A stretch of 60,737 nucleotides of DNA, the filler included, from Platydemus manokwari (lineage: Eukaryota): assembly GCA_037951405.1 (NCBI GenBank). It is 5 parts of 5 records of this genome, joined end to end, with 100 filler letters (N's around TTAATTAATTAA, not from the genome) between each part and the next. Parts side by side here need not be neighbours in the genome. Positions count along the whole stretch, not along the records: positions 48,192 to 60,737 come from JBBMOY010085565.1; 4 more parts are not named here. One strand, given 5' to 3'. Made by a program: the position numbers and the translations under genes. Shown here piece after piece: positions 54,529-60,737 of the stretch. The stretch's first letter is position 1; each line of letters starts with the position of its first letter. The notes under the pieces were generated by a model. The model was given only the letters and a program-made list of their open reading frames with translations, did not search any database and was not told the DNA's origin.

Positions 54529-57500
54529 CTATTCATCATTGGTCAAATAATAACCATGGTTATTTATTCGACATTTCTCATAATATAGATCTTTTTCTAC
54601 AAGTTCCTGTGCTGATCGATAACTCAATACTCTACCATAGAGTTGATTCAGTTCTGATTCGATCGATTTTGAAAATGGATCACCACGAGGATATGATGTT
54701 TCGTGGAGTAATTTGTCAATGAGATAATGTAACCAATAGAGATTACTTCGTGGATTGAAATCGCGCCAATTATTTCTGGAAGAGAAAACAATATATCAGT
54801 TATGTGAAATATTATAAGATTCAGATATGAGAACCAGTGTTGCGGTTTAAAAAAGGATGGTATGTGGAATAGTAAGTAGAAACTGGAATCAATGTGTGGT
54901 GTACATTTCATCAATAATAATAAAAATAATCGGAATGTTCCGTTCGATGGATAGACGAGATTGTCAATGATATTGTAATGGAAATGCTGTTCCAGCACTT
55001 CAAGTAGAGTATAATAAGCGAAGAATATTGGTATAAATTATTTAGTTGTGAAATTTCATTATAAAATAACGGAATCATTACATGAGCTAGGTTTGCTAGG
55101 AAAATATAGTATGATTAGATTGAAAAATATTTCACAGATTATATATGGAGAACTAAATTTTTATAATTTTACATAACATCTAATGAAAATATTTTAAAAA
55201 ATTAATAAATTTTGTTTTAATGGTATTGAAAGGATCATATTCTGGTTTTACAGAAATCTCTCACCATATTAAGAAATATATAAAACTTATGGTGATATGG
55301 ATTTGATTAAAACTTTGATTAAAAATCAAGATAATAAGGTTCGTGAATATGAAATATGCGTGCTTAACACACTCGAATGAAGATTGCCAAATTCCTATAA
55401 ATGTTGTCCTTTATGAAGAAAATTTTATTAAAAATTAAATTTCAATACACTTAACAATTTCATCACATCATTTGAACATCAATATTGTAAAAATCATAAA
55501 TTTGCTTTACTCATCATTTTAGATAATATTGAATGACAATATTCACATTAACAAATGATGGCACACAAATACAGATGATTTTCATTATGATATTTTTGTA
55601 ATAAATTTAACCATTTCATTTAGTTAAATGAATAAAAATTTGTGATATTGATATTTGTGGAAATTATGAGATTTATTATCTCAATATAGTTGCGATTTTA
55701 CACATTGTGGCTTTTATTTTAACATCGAAAATCAATGGACCGAAAAATTAATTTACCAACAGATCAATTCACTGACAGGCAGCTTTATTTAGCAAAAAAT
55801 TTCGATCAACTCATACTATGAATCAATAAATAAAACTGGAAAAAATTGTTTAATGAGCTGAGAGAGTTGGTAATAAGAGTATTGGTGCAAAATAAGTTTG
55901 GAAACTCCTCAATAACATTTATTTCTCTGCACTAACTGGAAAAATTCGATTATTTGTCATATGTCGTTATCCGCATAAGTATGGCAAATAAAATTATTAT
56001 AAAAATTTACTAAATTTTATTTAAACAAACAATGAATTATTATTAATATTTATTTATTATTAATAAATACAATGTTGAGACAACTATTTAAACAAAACAC
56101 GGAACATCACAAACATGTTTCCATTGTGAAATTCATCGATATTGAACTCAAATATTTTTCATCAAATTTCAACTGATTCGTAATTTTGTTATTGGTACAC
56201 TATATTATACACGTTACATATTTAAACAACTGTTAGAATAAATATCTCAATTTGATTGGTTGAGATGTTATCATAGTTAATATGATTGGTTATCAAGATA
56301 AATGCGAGATTCAGTGATGATAATAAATAAAATATAATTCTATCAAACAAAGCAGAGTTTGATAATCAAATGAAAATCAAAATAACTAACTTATTGTCAT
56401 TCTTCATCATGCGATAGATCTCAAATTGATAATCTCCCTCACCCTCAAATATTTCCGGACAATCAGACATATCCATGTAGACAGTATTATTATCTATGGG
56501 AAATCATTTCATTGGGATAATATTGTGAAATATTATTATTATTAAATTTTTACCTACACACATTCTCGAAACAGTAAAATCAATGATTGTAACAAAGATA
56601 CCACAACAAGTACCAAAGTAATTAGTTCCATTAATTCGATAGCGCAACTTCAATTGACGAGTAGGTTTAACAAGTATGTTTAACCAGTGAAGGTCACGAT
56701 GTTCAAATTGAACAGCAGCTTCAGCTACGGCGAGAGAGAATGAAATCTGTTCAATGATGCTCCGTACTTCATTATAAGAATTGAACTAGACCGATTCAAG
56801 CAATGTTAAATATGATCATGTTGTTATATATGTTTATAAAATAATCCATAAACATGAAGTAATCAATTTCAAAACGTAAATATCAGATAAAAACAATTAA
56901 TATAAATTATAATCAAATAATCATATGGATTAGATTGGATATCATAATAGATACCAGTTCATTTCAAGTGAATAATCACAATATAGACTAATCAAATATC
57001 CATCATCAATATTTCCCATCATTAATCAATTTATACATTTCAATATATTGATTCTATCAAAGAAATATTGGCATTTTTTAAATAAATTGAAAATTTGAAT
57101 CTTTCAACACAATCATATCAACAATAAATCATGATAGTAAAATATGGACCTATATTCCCCAGACAAGTATGAAACCAATTATTATTCATTAATATGGGAT
57201 AATACAAACATTAAATAATATTATTAACCCTTTTAATACGACTTTTGATCAGTGAAAATATTTTTGTATAACTGAACTATATGTGCTGCAAATAAATAAA
57301 GGAACATATTTACATAATTTCAGATTTTTTGAAAAAATGCCTTAGGACACACATGTCCCTGCAGTAGTTTAATGCGAATATTTTTCGCATCAGTAATTTT
57401 TGACCATTCTCTGGGACTTATATATCCCCGAAGTATTTAAAGGGTTAAAAAAATATATTTTCTATGAAACTTATTGATAACTTTCAAAATAAATAATAAT

Positions 57501-59948
57501 AATAATAATATTGATAATAATAATAATAATAATAATATTGATAATAATAATATCTTTATAATTGCTAATAAATATTTCTTTAGGGAGTAGACAGAATCTT
57601 TAACATATGTAAATATAATTTTTAATCAGTCACTAATCTTTTCTTTACCTCAATTAATCATTATTTGTTGCCAATAACAAGATATTTTATATCAGAACAG
57701 ACAAATATAGGATTGGAACGAAAGTCTTGTCCGATGGAAATAATATTTATTTAACCACTTATTTACTACATTCTGATAGTACAAACTCGTAGATACGATT
57801 CGAGAAAAGAGTTGCTGGTTGTGTGGAAACAGTTTTAAAAAGTTCGATTTCCTTCGGTTTTACCGCATCCACCATACTTTCCAGACCTTGCCCCTTCAGA
57901 CTATTAACTGTTTTCTCTTATGAAATACTCACTTAGTTGAAAAACGCATCAATCCGCTGACGAGGTTAACGATGATTTGGAAAAGTAGTTCGCTTCAAAA
58001 CCTGCGGAATTCCATGAAAACTGCATAAAACAATTTCCAGAACGCTGGCAAAAATGTGTAAGCCTTAAAGGGACTATTTTCAACATTTGCCTTTTACAGA
58101 CGAATGATGTTTTGTTTATATTTCTCAATTTACATATTTACTGTATTGGTTAAATCAATATCATTTTCTATCGGACGAGACTTTTGTTCCAATACTATAG
58201 TTATTATTAATTATATTTTATAAATTGTATCATTAATTTCGTTATTCCATTGAGTTTAGTATTCTGTAAGATTAAATATTTATAATAATAAAATGTTATT
58301 TGTGTTTATACTGATTATAAAACACGTTTCATTAAATTTGCCATGCATTATAAAGGATATAATTGTATAAACATATTATTTTTCACATGAACCTCTCTTC
58401 CCACATTACGATTTGTAATAAATAAGTTTCAACGTCTGAATAATTATTAGTGCAAAATGTCAGATCTGTAATAACGTCATAACATGTAAATACTGATATA
58501 AATCCATAATAGGATAAAAACTGGACCTCTATACATTTAACAATATCAATATTTGTATTCAAGAATACTTGTGTGACAGAGTACAATGAAATAAATTTGA
58601 GATATGTGATGAATAAAATAGAGCTAATAATTATTTATAAACTATAATCACACCAATTATTATATCAACGTTTTTCAACATTTTGTGAGTATGGAACCCT
58701 TTCCCACTCATCTGATTTTTAAAATTACATGTCAATTAGATTCGTAAATATGTTGAAAAATATTGATATGTTTAACTGTTATTTCATTTCTTTTGAATTA
58801 ACGGTCAGTGGAAAGAAAGGTGATATCGGAAAAATGAATCCATGTGTTAGACCGAATGTTTGACAATAACATCGATAATAATGCCCTTACTAGCTTTATG
58901 GACCCATGACAACCAATCGAAAATGATGATTTTTGTAGAAAAGGTGTATAGGGTGTGACAATGACCAATGATATTTCAATAAAATTGGCCGTGATTACAT
59001 CATATACACCAATACATCATAAGATGCAGCTAGTGTTTTATAATTTTGTCTAACTGGAAACAAGTGAATAACAAATGAGTCGTGATCGCATTAATCTATG
59101 ATTTATCATTAAATGAGAACTATTGGATCAGATAAATAATCAATCCTTATATAGCATAAATGATTCATTAAAGCATTTCATATGGGAGCAAATGAATATG
59201 AATGATAACAGTTACGTAATTATGATAGATTATCTCAAATATTGTCATCATCACACACTCCATCATGCATATCCATATGAAATACATCAATATTGCTTTA
59301 TTATATATAAATTGATAATAAAATAATTATTATTATTATTATAAACATTATATATAATGATAAATAATATGATTAAATAATCACTTTATAATTTGATAAA
59401 GGCTCGCCTGCATATTCATATTCGAGTGCCATCCATTTCTGTTTATCAGGGAGAAAATCTATAACAATTATTCCAATAAAATCACCCTAGTAAAACAACA
59501 AAATCGCATTAACGAACCCAAACATTCATTATCTGTGCCTTTATCAATTCTAAATTGTTCCCATTGTTCAATAAGCACTGGAGGCAATTTACCAGATACC
59601 ATTGAAGCTCTGAATGTATATATGATATGATATCATATGATATAATAGGATATGATACATTATAATACAATATGATATAATACAATACAATATAATATCA
59701 TTGATATCCAAATTTACTTTTTCAATTGAACAAAATTTGATGATCGATACAATTTATTTTTCCCATTCAATTCTGTCAATTTTTTCGAAACAAAAACTTC
59801 AGGAAATACATCTTCAACGGTCATTTGATCTTCACCATTCACCAATAAATCACCATCGACGGGAAATATTTTCAAAACATTTCCTCGATTCAATCGAAAC
59901 ACTTCACCATAAACGCCTTCACCTAATTTATGCATAGTTCTATTGGAG
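54529..59948 (-). CDS. HASPIN: Haspin (histone H3T3 kinase), kinase-domain exons; 5' exons not resolved
   Basis: Exons 59948-59718, 59609-59518, 59458-59385, 56785-56554, 56493-56391, 54775-54529 join in phase. Motifs: KLGEGVYGEVF, LKIFPVDG, LAVAEAAVQFEHRDLHWLNILV, IIDFTVSR, FEGEGDYQFEIYRMMK, NNWRDFNPRSNLYWLHYLIDK. Confidence 0.93.
57228..57444. mobile_element. piggyBac-like MITE in a haspin intron
   Basis: TTAA-CCCTTTTAATAC...GTATTTAAAGGG-TTAA, with two related subterminal GGGAC...TCCC palindromes. Confidence 0.75.
57708..58197 (+). mobile_element. Internally deleted mariner element in a haspin intron
   Basis: ~50-bp imperfect TIRs (TAGGATTGGAACGAAAGTCTTGTCCGAT...) flanked by TA. Relic motifs PPYFPDLAPSDY and PERWQKCV. 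Confidence 0.88.
59620..59695 (+). repeat. (ATATG)/(ATACA) pentamer repeats filling a haspin intron
   Basis: Read directly from the sequence. Confidence 0.8.
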
Positions 59949-59964
59949 CTAAAATTTTCAAAAA

Positions 59965-60450
59965 TAAATAGAAAATTATATATAAATCATAATTTAATCA
60001 ATTATAATTTAATATGAATCATTATTGAATATAAATTATAATTATATATAAATAATTTATAATAAATATAAATTACGATTAAATATAAATTATATTAAAT
60101 ATAAATTATATTTAAATAATAATATAAAAATAATAATTAAAAATAAATAATAATTAAATATAAATATAAATGATTAAATATAAATTATAAATGATAATTA
60201 AATATAATACATATTAAATATAAATTATAATCAAATATAAACTATAAATAAATATAAATCGTGATCGAATATAACTCATATTACATATAAATAATATTTA
60301 AATAATGATTATATAAAAATTATAATTAAAAATAAAAATCATAATTAAATATAAATCATAATTATTTACAAATTATAATTAAATATAAATTATAATTAAA
60401 TATAAATCATATTTATTTATAAATTATAATTAAATATATAATTATAATTA
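59965..60450 (+). repeat. Almost pure A/T degenerate minisatellite (AAATTATAATTAAATAT-like units)
   Basis: ~480 bp with very few G/C bases, immediately upstream of the first resolved haspin exon. Confidence 0.85.
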
Positions 60451-60737
60451 TTTCGTCATAAAAAATAATCAAAATAAAATTTCAAATCAATCTTTGTTTT
60501 AATGAACATATTTTCAGCCAATAAAAATTTCGAAAAATTTTCATTGGATATTTCTATTGTTGAATCAAAATATTTACGCTCACGACTTTGTTTTCATTCA
60601 TAATTATGCATTTTAGTGGAATGATTTTTATTTTGTTATACATTTCTACCGCTCGTGGAACAAAGATTCTTAAATGTGGCCTGAATACATTCGTCGATTC
60701 CAATAATTATTTCATCATGAAAAATACCACTTGCTAC

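Noticed and set aside
54501-54998. Track ORFs 54501-54722 (+) and 54648-54998 (-)
   Set aside because: They are shadow frames. The real coding frame is the last haspin exon.
58800-59100. BEL/Pao-like peptide traces in a haspin intron (also ~54100-54450)
   Set aside because: Too degenerate to support a call without a search.
6955-59948. Two chromatin and cell-cycle kinases (TLK, haspin) in one window as a functional cluster
   Set aside because: They are 45 kb and four assembly gaps apart, with no evidence of co-regulation.
1-60737. CRISPR arrays, rRNA genes, prokaryotic operons or defence systems
   Set aside because: None were seen. The window is intron-rich eukaryotic DNA, and its tandem repeats lack a repeat-spacer structure.

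Overview
Very AT-rich eukaryotic (metazoan) genomic scaffold. It has many ~50-nt GT-AG introns, dense decayed transposons and four artificial 100-nt gaps (44N-TTAATTAATTAA-44N). The overall character fits a planarian or other flatworm, but this is an inference and not proven. Four conserved intron-containing genes were rebuilt by hand, all on the minus strand: tousled-like kinase (6955-9931), a 13-exon smoothelin-like gene with an unexpected internal Ig-like domain (19343-26772), the C-terminal RRM of minor-spliceosome protein RNPC3/U11-U12 65K (27109-27595) and the haspin kinase domain (54529-59948). Between RNPC3 and haspin lies a ~25-kb region of lineage-specific genes. It holds three paralogous small secreted 8-Cys peptides built from four CxxxC-type motifs (the most interesting candidate system), an orphan gene with a decayed tail-to-tail paralog, other decayed secretory-type gene relics and two degenerate Gypsy elements with ~90-100-bp LTRs. 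Solo-LTR-like repeats (one family with covarying hairpins), mariner, piggyBac-like, hAT-like and Merlin-like elements, and microsatellites also occur. All calls come from manual reading; no database searches were run.
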